From a virus: a DNA stretch of 64,000 nucleotides. The position numbers were made by a program, and so were the translations under genes. This document shows positions 46,378 through 57,760 of the stretch, piece after piece (the stretch's first letter is position 1; each line of letters starts with the position of its first letter). The notes beneath the pieces are model-generated. The model was not told where the DNA came from, made no database searches, and saw only the letters and a list, made by a program, of their open reading frames with translations. The stretch is from IMG/VR virus record IMGVR_UViG_2537562001_000004. The stretch is one strand, 5' to 3'.

Positions 46378-46905
46378 GGTGTTTCCGCACCTTTCAACGT
46401 ACAGTAAAGTATGGGAGAAGGCATGTTAGGATACCTTTTAACTTTACTGTACGCTCAAAGGAAGGGAAACCCTCCCAAATCAGCATATGACATATTTAGT
46501 TGTTATTAAGAACATTTAAATCAGCTTGCACCATCAATAAATGCTCTTACTCCAAGGTCGATGTGGTAAATCGACTATCTACCTCCCTATAATCACATAT
46601 ATTCACTTTGAAAACACATCTGTTTTTTCATCTATTAACGAAAAAACAAACTTTCCTTTCAAGGGAACTCTCTATACGTCTTGGCATGTGAGCGCGACAA
46701 AAAGTCCTGTTCCCTAATCCAGAAACAGAACTCCCTATCAAATTAAGAATAGATGACAGCAATATGCGTTCGAAAACCCAATAAGCCTTTGGTGTTTTCC
46801 ACACCTTTCAACGTACAGCAGATTAAGTGAGGGAACGGATTTAGGGTACCTGTTAATTCTGCTGTACGCTCAAAGGAAGGGAAACCCTTCCCCGTATATG
46901 AAGTT
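46378..46905 (-). ncRNA. Two M3 hairpin modules (46378-46475, 46791-46890) with an M2-tail and box (46580-46700) between them
   Basis: Module 46378-46475 carries the compensatory pair caacgtacagTAaagt paired with actttActgtacg, where other copies have cagCag paired with ctGctg. Confidence 0.55.
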
Positions 46906-47000
46906 ACTAGATTGCGGAATGAGCATCCACCAACTTATTTTAACAGAATTTCATCACTTGGATATCTATATTTTTTCCTCATAAAATGAAAATTCTTTTA

Positions 47001-47198
47001 TTAAAAGAGCAACCATGCATCAGTTGCCCTTTCGTCGATTTCCTTCTTCAACGACTTATTCATATCACGTTTTTCACGGATCACTTTGATTATGTCAATA
47101 ATCCAACTTGTACAACTTGATACCAGAACGACAAGAAATATAACAGACAGTATTTCCCCCATCCCATCACACTCCTTTTCGCATAAAAAATAGAGCAA
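47001..47198 (-). CDS. Small single-transmembrane protein paralog (true start probably near 47162)
   Basis: MGEILSVIFLVVLVSSCTSWIIDIIKVIREKRDMNKSLKKEIDE. An M3 module (47294-47408) and terminator (47222-47256) lie upstream. Confidence 0.5.
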   Translation of the reverse strand: MLYFLCEKECDGMGEILSVIFLVVLVSSCTSWIIDIIKVIREKRDMNKSLKKEIDERATDAWLLF

Positions 47199-47221
47199 CC
47201 AAATGGTTACTCTTCAACGAC

Positions 47222-48100
47222 AAAAAGCCCTGTCTTGGGTAAACAGAGCTTTCTATCAGAAAAAAGTTATTACATATACTACACAATAGGGACGGTGTTT
47301 TTCTACACCTTTCAACGTACAGCAATTTTTTTAATGTGAGCACTACGATTGATTTTTCAATGTCAGTTTTGTTTTGCTGTACGCTCAAAGGAAGGGAAAA
47401 CCCTTCCCCATAATATGATTTTAAAGGTAAGAACAACACGTAAGTTGGCTACTTACACTTATATTTTTACACATATTCATTTCAAAAACGCTTCTGATTT
47501 TTCATCTATTAACGAAAAAACACGTTTTCTTTTTGAGGAACTCTTATCCCCTCTAGCCTCCGCGTCACCGAGTAACGTTATTATAATGAGCACGCTATCC
47601 CACGAAACGTATTCTCTTTTCAAAGAACACACTTATTGAACACTGGTTAATACGTACTAACAAAAAACAACGTAACAAAACGTTGCCTCTTGCATAGATA
47701 ACACCCGATCAATTAACAGTAGTAATTGAGGTTTCAGCTTTCGCGCATTACTGACGAGTTAAAATGTTTTAGACTTTCATACGCTACTCACCTATTACCT
47801 CTTTCAGCCTACAAATGGAATGGATAACGATTGAATGAGTGATTGGAACCTTTGTAGACTCAAAGAGATAGGAAATGTGTATTTCCCACTCTTTCGTGTT
47901 CAGTCCAGTATATGGATGGTTTCCCATCTTTAAAGGTATTCACCTTAAGTTGCAGTGCGAAATTCCAACTTAAAACAATCCCCTTAAAGAGAGGAAATCC
48001 TCTCCTCCTCGTTGGTCGATAACTAATTTGTTATCATTGTGAGTAATTACAAATTAACTGCTCGGCTTGAGATGTTTAAACAAAATAAAAGAGCCAACAG
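47222..48100 (-). ncRNA. Copy E of the large structured element, reverse orientation. M1 is at 47690-48100, M2 at 47450-47640 and M3 at 47294-47408. It lies directly downstream of the intact ArpU gene.
   Basis: The reverse complement aligns along its full length with copies A and B. Confidence 0.6.
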
Positions 48101-48231
48101 ATACCAGCAGGTTTGCTAGGATGCCTTATCGACTCTTTAATCATAAAATACTTATTATCAGTGTGATTCCTTTGTTTTTCCCTTCTTTTTTCGCATTTTT
48201 TCCGTCATTTCGCTCTTTTCCACCTCTATTC

Positions 48232-48600
48232 CTAGTGCATATGCCAATCTTCTAAACGCTCTAGCTCGTTTGTTATAGTATGGTGTTTTTCCAGCCCTAA
48301 CTTTTGGGACATCACAATCCAGTTATGCTCTTTTGATTCCACATAACCTTCACGTATAATTCTTTGCTCTTGTACGTTCAATGCATTCTCTATCGCATCT
48401 TCAAAATCTTTGATGTATTCGTATCGTTTTCTCTTTTTTTCTGATACCTCAAGACCATTTTGGATATCTTCCCGATCTCCCTTTGTAACGCTTAGCAAAT
48501 ACAGCCGATACTTTTCTAATGCTTGATGTACATTAGCCTTTGTAGCTTCCATATCTAACTCAGGAATTTTAATATCAAGCATTTCAATCCACTCCTGCAT
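48232..48600 (-). CDS. ArpU/RinA-like phage late transcriptional regulator, intact
   Basis: A 122-aa ORF whose C-terminus (QRIIREGYVESKEHNWIVMSQKLGL) resembles a sigma-70 region-4-like helix-turn-helix. Pseudogene paralogs lie at 2140-2575 and 56990-57436, each followed by the large element. Confidence 0.5.
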   Translation of the reverse strand: MQEWIEMLDIKIPELDMEATKANVHQALEKYRLYLLSVTKGDREDIQNGLEVSEKKRKRYEYIKDFEDAIENALNVQEQRIIREGYVESKEHNWIVMSQKLGLEKHHTITNELERLEDWHMH

Positions 48601-49343
48601 AAAATTCCAAATCTAGCACATACTATAGTTACCAGCTAGACCTACTTCCATGAATTTGATTTTTCTCCCACTCTCCCTGGAGATGAGCAGTTAGTTTTTG
48701 CTAGCTGCTCTTTTATTTCGTTCCTGCACTTGTTTCTTGAAGAACTCCTTAACCGCATTTTCCCAATACGTACACATACCCATTCTCCTTTTTCTACAAA
48801 GTGAAATTTTCATAATCATAATTAGATAAAATCAACATAGACTTTAATGAGATTGGGTATTTATTAGCGATTGGGAGCATTCTAGTTGGACGCTCCTTTT
48901 TTTCTGCTGACAAAATAGCCTTTTCGTTCAAATCACATATTTCTTATTTCTTTTAACTCCTACATCCACTTCCCAATACTCAATCCCGTCATTCGTAATA
49001 CCAAACGAAACGATCTTACCTACAATTTCAGAAACTTTATTCTCGATAGTTCTACACCTAAATACTAATGTTTCACCAATTGCAGCTTTATCTTTCCCCA
49101 TATAAGGTTAATATCTTTTCATTTTTGTCTCCCTTTCTCTCAAATAACAATTCCGTTTGCTGCTCAAGGTTCACACGAATTACATTGTTTTACATAAATG
49201 AATATTATATCTTTATAATGCAACTCAAATAAAATTTGAGCTGTTATACCACGACTCCTGGGAAACCAGGAGTTTTGATATGTACTAAAGGTTTTGCATT
49301 ACTATCCGGACTCCTATATTTCAAGAAGCCCAGATTGCATTAT

Positions 49344-50140
49344 TTACTTAACTTGAACTAACGGATTAGCTTCTCCATTTACTTGTGGTAACTTACCATC
49401 CCATTTCTCGATTTTCTTCATTTCTACAATTTCAGGAGTTAAAGATTCCTTAAGGATTTTGTTTGCTTCCGCTTTACCTCGCGCTTCTTCAATAGCTTTC
49501 TCCGCATGAATTGTAGCTTGTTTCTTCTCAACCTCCGCTTTCTCTAAGTTTTGTTGAGCATCTACTACACCTTGAATTGCTTTTGCTGTATTTGCATCTG
49601 GTTTTGGGGCTTCTAACGTAACGGAATCTACTAAGAACCCAGTACTGTCTACCGTTTTTCTAAACTCCTTTTGTATTGATCCATTAATTTCTCCTTGATG
49701 TTGAAATACTTCTAAAACGGAATAATTCGAGAAAACGTTTAATGTGGCCTTTTTAAGTGGAGTCTGTAACCACCCATTTTCAATTACATCTGGAGCCTGT
49801 CCTTTAAACTTGTTATAAATATTAGGAAGTTTCTCAGCATCATTCATATAGTCATAAGATAGGCTAACCGTTAGCGGCTTACCATCCTTAGTTTGTACAC
49901 TAAATTTGTCCACCTTAACTGTTTCTGTTGAAATAGGATAAGCTGTTACACGCTTAAATGGAGATACTAAATGCCATCCTTGACCTAACGTTTATTTTTC
50001 AATACCAGTACTTCTGTTATAAACAACACCTGCATGCCCTTGATCAATTACCTTCACACTCATTGCTGTTAAAATTCCACCTGTTAAAAGACTAACTCCT
50101 AATACTACCTACGATTTTCTTTGTATTCATTTCCAATTTA
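49344..50140 (-). pseudogene. SPFH/band-7 (prohibitin-like) domain protein, interrupted
   Basis: ORF 49344..49913 forms the C-terminus. Upstream, in another frame, lies MSVKVIDQGHAGVVYNRSTGIEK*TLGQGWHLVSPFKRV, a typical SPFH N-terminus. Confidence 0.55.
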
Positions 50141-50384
50141 TTTTTCCTCCTTTTTACCAAATATATTATTCATATTTCACACCCCCACCTTATAGATAAT
50201 AAGCTGATTTTTCAGCTTTCCATTGCCTCGTTCTATCCAATAATTTACACGTTAGGGAACGTGATTTATCGGCTTTTCTTTATAGTGCTACGAAAGCTAA
50301 ATAAGTAGCTTACAAACACAAAACACTATCCTAAAAGTAAGGATCCAACGAAAATAAGATAGATGTGTTTCAGCTTAATAACAG

Positions 50385-50815
50385 GTGATACTTATGACCA
50401 TATTCGATAGAGTAAAGGATTTAGCTAACAATCAAGGACTATCAATGGCTGAACTGGAAAGGAGATTAGATTTCAGTCCTAATACTTTATATAAGTTAAA
50501 AACTCAAAAACCATCGATAGATAGGATTGAAGCAATTGCTCAATTCTTTAATGTCTCTACAGACTATCTATTAGGAAGAACAGAAAAAAATACTGGGAAC
50601 TAAATGAAAAAGACGAAAAAGATATTCAAAAGAAATTAGAAGAGATCATTGAAGATATGAGTAACGCTGACGCTCTTGCATTCTCTAAAGGCTCTGAACC
50701 TATGTTAGAGGAAACAAAACAACTCATTCTTATATCATTAGAAAACTCACTTAGAGTAGGAAAAGAAATGGCTAAAAAGAAATTTACACCTAAGAAATAT
50801 AGAAACGAGGATTGA
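50385..50815 (+). pseudogene. XRE-family helix-turn-helix phage repressor whose C-terminal extension is frameshifted
   Basis: ORF 50385..50603 has the helix-turn-helix (LSMAELERRLDFSPNTLYKL). The continuation LNEKDEKDIQKKLEEIIEDMSNADALAF.. is in the +1 frame. Confidence 0.55.
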
Positions 50816-50974
50816 TCGGAGTGGATCTAGTTGATTTCGAAACAGCAAATCAATTTAAAAATAGACGAACTACTTAGACGATTTAACACCAGAGATCCTT
50901 TCCTCATCGCTGAAGAAAAAGGAATTGTTGCTATCAACGAAGATTTTGGAATACTACCACAAAAGTATCTCGTA

Positions 50975-51008
50975 TCCCCTTCATATTGGCCGTAGTTTCG
51001 ATTCCTAC
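50975..51008 (+). other. tRNA(CAT) 3'-end fragment (att-site-like remnant) at the edge of a prophage repressor region
   Basis: ggccgtagtttcgattcctacaaggttca compared with the tRNA 3' sequence cgtaggttcgagtcctacaaggtcca. Confidence 0.45.
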
Positions 51009-51749
51009 AAGGTTCATATATTAAAAAAGGAACCTCGACATTACTGTTGAAGGCTTTTTAATCAAAATATACGGAAAAATAAACACATAACATAATTTTT
51101 AATGGATTCATTATAATCTCATAGATTCATTTTACAAAATGATTGTTAATTTCATATAAAGAAGAAAAAATACTAATCCATTTTTCTTCTTTATAATATA
51201 CAATGAATCTACCATCAACAAACCGTCTAGTTGCTTCAAGCTTCTTAGCTCCTAATCCCATTGTTTCATCATTGCAATGGGATTTTTTATGTCTACAATG
51301 AACAAAAAGCCCTCAATACAATAAATTGAGAGCTCTCACTAAGGGATACTACTTAGGGGAGGAAAGTAACATGACAATACCTTCCACATGGGAATAATAA
51401 CACATACATAAAAAATCGCTGTACTATTTTCATCTAAAAAAATACCTCATATAACTTTTCGTTTCATATATATAATATACTTATCAAACAAATCTATTCA
51501 AACAAAAAATCCTGAACTCACCCCCTTTTGAGCCCTAGCTTTTTTGCTATCCTACTTTACTCTAACTGTCTCTTCAAACAAAATATATACAATATATATC
51601 CTTTACTTTTAAACTTATCCATGTTCCCCTCGATCCTCACTTAATTATTTTTTCGTTTAATAAGGAATTAATAGTTATCATTACATTATATGTTCTATGA
51701 TAAAATTTAAACTGTCCTATTTGATTTGCAATAAAAAAGAGGAGGATAT

Positions 51750-52235
51750 GTATGTTAAAAAAATCTCTACTATCGCCTTAAGCGGAACTATAGCGTTCAG
51801 TTTCACCACAAGCAGGATCCCCATAACCAAGAGGAAACGAAAAAGGATAAGGTTGCCGACAAAGTAGGCGATTCTGTTGAAGTTAAGAATCTACAAATCA
51901 CTTTAAATTCTACTAAATTTGCAGAACCATCTGAATACTTCGCGGCAGAAAAGGGGAAAGTGCTAGAAATTACTTTTCCAGCTAAAAATCATGGTAAAAA
52001 AGAAGCTTATTTCGGATCTGAAGAACTGAAAATTGCTGACGCTAATGGTAATCAATTCAAAGAATATTTCGGTGCTGATGATGCATTTATGAATGAAAAC
52101 ATCTCACCAGGAAATCAAATTACAGGAAAAATGTATTATGATGTAGCAGAATCTGAAAAATACATTGATACATATAAACCTAACTTTACATTTGATGAAA
52201 AATCAGTGAAATTTGAATTTACAGCTGCACAGTAA
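51750..52235 (+). pseudogene. DUF4352-like secreted or lipoprotein-like protein. The N-terminus has decayed. ORF 51960..52235 remains.
   Basis: The upstream frame-broken sequence starts with MLKKSLLSP and has stops. Confidence 0.3.
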
Positions 52236-52254
52236 AGGAGCATTTATTTTAATG

Positions 52255-52600
52255 AAGCGAACAACTGAATTTGTACTAGGTCTTATTGGTGGTATTTTCG
52301 GTATTATTTTTTCATTTATCGCTTTAATGATCGGTGGCATGGGTGCTGCATTTGAAGCTGATGGAGCTAATACTATAATCGGATTAGGTTGAGCAGCTAT
52401 CGCTTTATCTATCTTAGGAATTTTTGGTTCTGTAATGATAAAAGGGAAAGCAAAGGCGACGGTATCAAGATGACCATTGCTGCAATTGGTGGATTCATTT
52501 GTATCTTCATGTTCTATATCCTACCTGGAGTATTATTATTAATCGGTGGGTTAATGGGGATATTCCGTAAAGATAACCCTACTATAAATACATAAATTAA
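52255..52600 (+). pseudogene. Small polytopic membrane protein with internal stops
   Basis: MKRTTEFVLGLIGGIFGIIFSFIALMIGGMGAAFEADGANTIIGLG*AAIALSILGIFGS... ORF 52389..52595 is the residue. Confidence 0.35.
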
Positions 52601-52904
52601 CTTTTTATTTTATAAAATCACAAAAAGAAAAAGCCCCCAATATAATTGAGGACTTTTTTATGGGAGTCTTGAAGAACTCATTTAATCAACATCATTTTCT
52701 CATGAAACACATTATTAAAACTATATAAAATTGCATCTAACAAAGAAAAAATATCTCGCATAATTTTCCGTCTCATATATATAATATAATTATCAAACAA
52801 ATTCATTCATACAAAAAAATCGACACTCACACTGAGTATCGATTTTTTTGTCATTTAACTTCTACATATTTCGGGTTAGTTGTAATATAATACACATTTC
52901 CTTT

Positions 52905-53171
52905 TCAATTATGAACTTTATACTGTGTGTGGTGCACCATTGCGTAAATTAAAGAACGCATCAATTTAACTTCATGTTCTCCTAAGTATAAATCACTTTT
53001 CTTTAACATTTGATTCATTCCTTTTTCAAATTCATGATATGGTTTCCCATAAGATTTCTCCACATATCGGAATGATTCAAACGTAAAAATAACAGGAATT
53101 TCAACGCCCTGTATCTTGTTCATGTTTATATTAATGTTAACTAAATCACTTAAACGTGCCATATTTATCAC
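52905..53171 (-). CDS. Hypothetical phage protein
   Basis: An 88-aa ORF downstream of the terminase remnants. Confidence 0.3.
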   Translation of the reverse strand: MINMARLSDLVNININMNKIQGVEIPVIFTFESFRYVEKSYGKPYHEFEKGMNQMLKKSDLYLGEHEVKLMRSLIYAMVHHTQYKVHN

Positions 53172-53179
53172 TCCCCTTG

Positions 53180-54760
53180 CTTTTTAAGCTTCGCCCCTGG
53201 TTTTGCACCAATTGAAGCTATTTGAGATTCATCACAAATTACTTACTTCATAAAATCTTCCACTGTGACGCCTTTCGCTTCTGCATCACCTGTATCCAAT
53301 TTCACTAAAGTAACGTCATTAAATAACAATGGATTAGCTGTAATTGTGTATGCAACATCATCCATAACCATCATTGTTTCTTTATGGGCAACTAAAAAAG
53401 CCACAAATCCATCAATCTTCTTTTTGGACTGTCGGTAATTAAACGCTTTTCATAAATTAGTATTTCTGAATCATCAAGCATTGCATTCATAACGTTTGGA
53501 TACTGATTTACGGCAATACATTCTAAACCGAGATTTTCAAGCTTCTCTATTAACTTTTGAGACATCGCTGGGTCATAGTTTATTTGTTGCACATCGTATA
53601 AACCCATGCATTCAACGATATATTCCATAACTTGATCATGCTCAATCATCTTTCCATCACAAAACGTAGCAAAACCACGTTCAACTATATCGGTATATGG
53701 GACATTGTCCTCTTTTTCTTTAAAATCAATGTTCTCATTAGGAAGGAAATACATCTGTTTAACTTTTATAATCGGCCTTTCTTCGTCATCATGTGAAAGG
53801 GAGTTTAAACTTACACAGGTTAATCTGTTGTTTTAGATAAATCCAATCCTAAATAGCAACCTTCACCTGTAAGGTCACCCAAATCTTCTGCAAGAACATG
53901 TTGTACTTGATCATGCTCAAAATAATTATCAGCACCATTTACGAAAACATTTAAGTGTTTGGAAAGAAACTCAGCTTTTGAATGTGCGGACTGCTTCGCT
54001 TTTTTGAATTCAATCTCAAGTGGCTCCATCGCAACGGAAACACCAATATTCGGGTTAACCATTTCCAAAACTTTACGATCTTCCCAATCATAATTTTTAT
54101 TAGGTTCCCAGATTGCTACAAATAAGGAATCATCATCATTTTCAAGAACAAGTTTCGCATATTTATAAACACGCATACCGACAGATGACGTAACCTTACC
54201 AGCCGTTGAAATATTAAGCATCATTGGTTATTCACGTGAAATCTGAGCTGACTTCAAGTTATCGTACATCTCCATATTTTCTTGCGCATGGGGTTCATCG
54301 TTCAAGACAAAATAAGGGTTCTTTCCTTCAAGCCCCTTAGGGTTTTTCGTTAATACTTTGAATTTATTTTGATATACAATTCCATTGATGCTATATCGAT
54401 ACATAATTAACACCTTTATAAATTTGAGTAGGTTGTGCCAGAGGTTCAGGGTCTTCTATTGCTTGTGCAATTGGTTCAGCTGCGTTTTGCGCTTATTCAT
54501 AGTCTGATGCTGCACAATAACAATCCGCTCCAAGTTCTAGTTCACCATACATAGCATAGAGCAATGCACTTGCTGCAATAATTGTTTTTCCATTCTTCTT
54601 TGGTACTTGAACATATGATTCACGAATAACACGAACGTTTTTTCCTTTTTCGTTTTTATGATACCAACCATACATATTCGCAAAAACAAACATTTCCCAA
54701 AGTTCTAATTCCATCAATTGACCTGCAAGTGGCCCTTTAACATGAAGAATGAACAAAATC
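53180..54760 (-). pseudogene. Phage terminase large subunit, fragmented into at least four ORFs
   Basis: 54493..54756 has Walker A (VPKKNGKT). 53820..54224 and 53392..53754 carry nuclease-domain-like segments (GLDLSKTTD). Frames alternate and stops intervene. Confidence 0.6.
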
Positions 54761-54920
54761 CAACATTCATTTGCCCGATCTACATTAAACTAAATATCTT
54801 TACGCTTTTTCCACTTCTTATAATGTTCTACAGCAAGAATGATCGATTTCGGGTATTTCTTTTTATTACGCATGACATTATTCGCATACTTATCAGTGTA
54901 GTTAACACCGGGCGTAATAA

Positions 54921-55352
54921 TCAATTAGATTTCCGCCATTTATTCCGATGAGCCGCCAGTTCATCTTTAGGATCGTTAGATTGAATATTCTCTACATTTC
55001 CTAGTGTTTTTTTTACACTTTTACCCTTACTTGTCATTCTAAGAGCTTCTAACATTTTATTCTTCTTATCGTTCCAAGTTTCCACTTGTTGAGCAAGTGG
55101 GGGCTTTATTACATTTACTACTCCAGTCTTGTTTTTATGCATTTTTGTAGGCGCAAACCCATCGGCTTTCCATTCATCAAACATAGTTTTATAAATGATA
55201 AAAGCATCTAAATAATTTTCAATTAGTGGTTCTAATGGAGGGGTGAAATTATCATCATCAGTCAATAATTTTATGATTCTATTTCGTTCTTCATCCCTTG
55301 CAACATCTAGCATTTCCGATTTTCCCATCTTTGACATTCGATCCATTTTCAC
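54921..55352 (-). CDS. Phage terminase small subunit (P27-like)
   Basis: A 143-aa ORF immediately upstream of the terminase large subunit, with an LIENYLDAF-type helix. The family assignment is from memory. Confidence 0.45.
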   Translation of the reverse strand: MKMDRMSKMGKSEMLDVARDEERNRIIKLLTDDDNFTPPLEPLIENYLDAFIIYKTMFDEWKADGFAPTKMHKNKTGVVNVIKPPLAQQVETWNDKKNKMLEALRMTSKGKSVKKTLGNVENIQSNDPKDELAAHRNKWRKSN

Positions 55353-55445
55353 CCCCTCTTCATTTAAAAAAATGGTACAACTATTGGTATGCGCCCCCTA
55401 CGCTACCTATCCCCCAAAGGACAAATTTTATTTTTTGACAGGAGG

Positions 55446-55748
55446 CTATTGTATTTTTCCTGACATTCTATTATTTTTTCGAATTACAATTCCCGTTGAT
55501 TTATTAAATTCTTTCATCCATTCTTCCCTATCTACTTCATGTAAACACCCATATGATTGTATTGTCATTGTTATAGGTGGAGTAGAACCAACAACGATTG
55601 CATCAATCAAAGGTTTACTCATGAAATGTCCTTTGCATTTCGGACATTTCATTCCATCACACATTTTATGTGATGTTTCTGTCCATTCACATTCTTTATT
55701 CAAACAATAATGTGTCGTTCGCTTTTGCTTCATCAACAAGCACCTCAC
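55446..55748 (-). CDS. Small zinc-ribbon phage protein
   Basis: A 100-aa ORF with CLNKECEW..CDGMKCPKCKG. A paralog lies at 45720..45854. Confidence 0.4.
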   Translation of the reverse strand: MRCLLMKQKRTTHYCLNKECEWTETSHKMCDGMKCPKCKGHFMSKPLIDAIVVGSTPPITMTIQSYGCLHEVDREEWMKEFNKSTGIVIRKNNRMSGKIQ

Positions 55749-55990
55749 TTATCCGAAATAACTCGGAAAAACTTTTTTGTTTATCTTCATTTTCTTCGAT
55801 TGTATGATAAACTGGACAAAGTAGTCGTAAATTGTTCTCTTCTAATTTAAGTGTTTCATCTTCTTTGATTGATATTATGTGATGAACATGAGCACACCTA
55901 CCAAAGACGAACCCTCCACATCGTTGACAGCAGCCACTCTCTCTTTCGTATACCTGTGACCTAACATACTTCCATGCATCAGTTGCCCTT
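55742..55990 (-). pseudogene. HNH endonuclease remnant (no ATG start, N-terminus missing)
   Basis: The reverse translation ..ESGCCQRCGGFVFGRCAHVHHIISIKEDETLKLEENNLRLLCPVYHTIEE is a zinc-finger HNH. Confidence 0.55.
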
Positions 55991-56069
55991 CCATAAGCAC
56001 TAACCCCTTAACGATCAGAGAAACTCACTATACGTCTTGGTATATGAGATAGTGTATATACGACAAAAA

Positions 56070-56950
56070 GCCCTATTCTTCAATTAAGAAAACAGGGCTT
56101 TTCGCCGGTTTAAGAGAATGTGTTCTACAAAAAAGTTAGCACATTTTCTCGTCTGGTGCTTTCACACCTTTTAAATATTAAATTGTTATAGTGCGAAATT
56201 ATTTTCCGCACCTTTCAACGTACAGCAGATTATAGATGTGAGTGCAAATAATGGTTTTTGATGTCATGTTTATTCCGCTGTACGCTCAAAGGAAGGGAAA
56301 TCCTTCCCTAGAAAAATAAAAAAATCAAGAATATAGGTGCGAAGTTGTCATCCACACCTATATAATCACACATATTCATTTCGAAAGCACTTCTAGTTTT
56401 TCATCTATTAACGAAAAAACACGTATTCTTATCGAGGAACTCTTATCCCCTCTAGCCTCCGCACCACCGAGTAACGTTTTTTAATGAGCACGCTATCCCA
56501 TAAAACGTATTATCTTCTCTAAGAACATTTATTGACCGTTGGTTAATTAATCGAACAAAAAATAACGCTTATTTACGTTACTCTTTGAAAGGAAAAATCT
56601 AAATCAATTTAAATCAATCAAAAACAATTATTAAGGCTTCGGCCTTCACGTATTACTGACGGTATAAAATTTGTTGTAGACTTTCATACACTACTAACCT
56701 ATTACCTTTGTAGGCTGAAAGAGATAGGAAATGTGTATTTCCCCCTCTTGTGTATCGGCACTTCAGTATATGGATAGTTTCTCATTTTTAAAGGTACTCA
56801 CCTTAAGCCATAGTACGAAATTCCAACTTAAAACAATACCCTTATCTTCTTCCTCGTTGGTCGGACCCTTGCTTACGTTTATTCGTGAGTAAACTATAAT
56901 TAATTGCCCTTGCCGAGTGTTTAAATAGAATTGAAAAAAGACATCAATTT
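56070..56950 (-). ncRNA. Copy F of the large structured element, reverse orientation, with an M3 at 56190-56308 and an extra half-unit at 56153-56180. The central M1 stem-loop is collapsed by an internal deletion at about 56700-56730.
   Basis: The reverse complement aligns with the other copies. Where they have ctctttgagtctacaaaggtt[35 nt]tttgtaggctgaaagaggtaat, this copy has only ctctttcagcctacaaaggtaat. Confidence 0.55.
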
Positions 56951-56989
56951 CTTGATGCCTTCATGGTATAACTATTTCTCCTATATTTT

Positions 56990-57436
56990 TTCCACGAAAT
57001 CAATCATACACAACAATTTTTAATGTATGACTAACTTACTAAATGTCTCACGTCTTTCGTTGTAATACGTGGAACTAGACACATTGAATACCATCGTCAT
57101 TCTCACCCAATTATGTTTCTCTTCTTTTAAATATCCTTTTTCTATAATTGCTCTTTGGCGAACATTCAAAACATGTTCTAGTGCATGTTCGAACTTCCAA
57201 ATGTTTTTATACTGCTTGTACCCCTTTGTTTCCTTTAACTTTTCGTATTAATCACTTTGAATTGCTTTTTCAATTCGTAGTTTATCTTTTATCGGTAACT
57301 CTCTTTTATCTTTCCTATATTCAGCTAGAGCCTGCAATACTTTCTTTGTTGTCTTTTTCCAATTCACAACAGGTTCATCACTAAAATCAAACTCTTCATT
57401 CTGAAATACCTCTGAACATGTTGCCATATTATCCAA
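56990..57436 (-). pseudogene. ArpU/RinA-like late regulator with an in-frame TAA (ORF 57248..57436 is the N-terminal part)
   Basis: ..IEKAIQSD*YEKLKETKGYKQYKNIWKFEHALEHVLNVRQRAIIEKGYL continues the ORF after the stop and aligns with ORF 48232..48600. Confidence 0.55.
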
Positions 57437-57469
57437 CTCTTATAAACTAAAAAATACTTGTACTACTCA

Positions 57470-57760
57470 TCATTCATATTCCTCTAACAGTTCAGGATTC
57501 CCATAGATATTCTCGATGACTTCGCACTCTCCTATATCCCGTAACCACCAATCGTCTGTACCAAAGCCACCGTCAACAAACGTTATTTCACCACATTTTT
57601 CTATATCTAGATTTTTGTCCTTAAAGCGAATAATATATCCTTCATAGATTCTCTTGCCATTCTTATCTTTTAAACCTGTATACTCACCAACTCTTTTTTT
57701 ATTTACTATCCAACTTTTTATATCATCTGCTATTCCATTTTGAAGAATTATATAATGCAT
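57470..57760 (-). CDS. YopX-family phage protein
   Basis: A 96-aa ORF ending ..IENIYGNPELLEEYE, with GLKDKNGKRIYEGYII. The family assignment is from memory. Confidence 0.5.
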   Translation of the reverse strand: MHYIILQNGIADDIKSWIVNKKRVGEYTGLKDKNGKRIYEGYIIRFKDKNLDIEKCGEITFVDGGFGTDDWWLRDIGECEVIENIYGNPELLEEYE

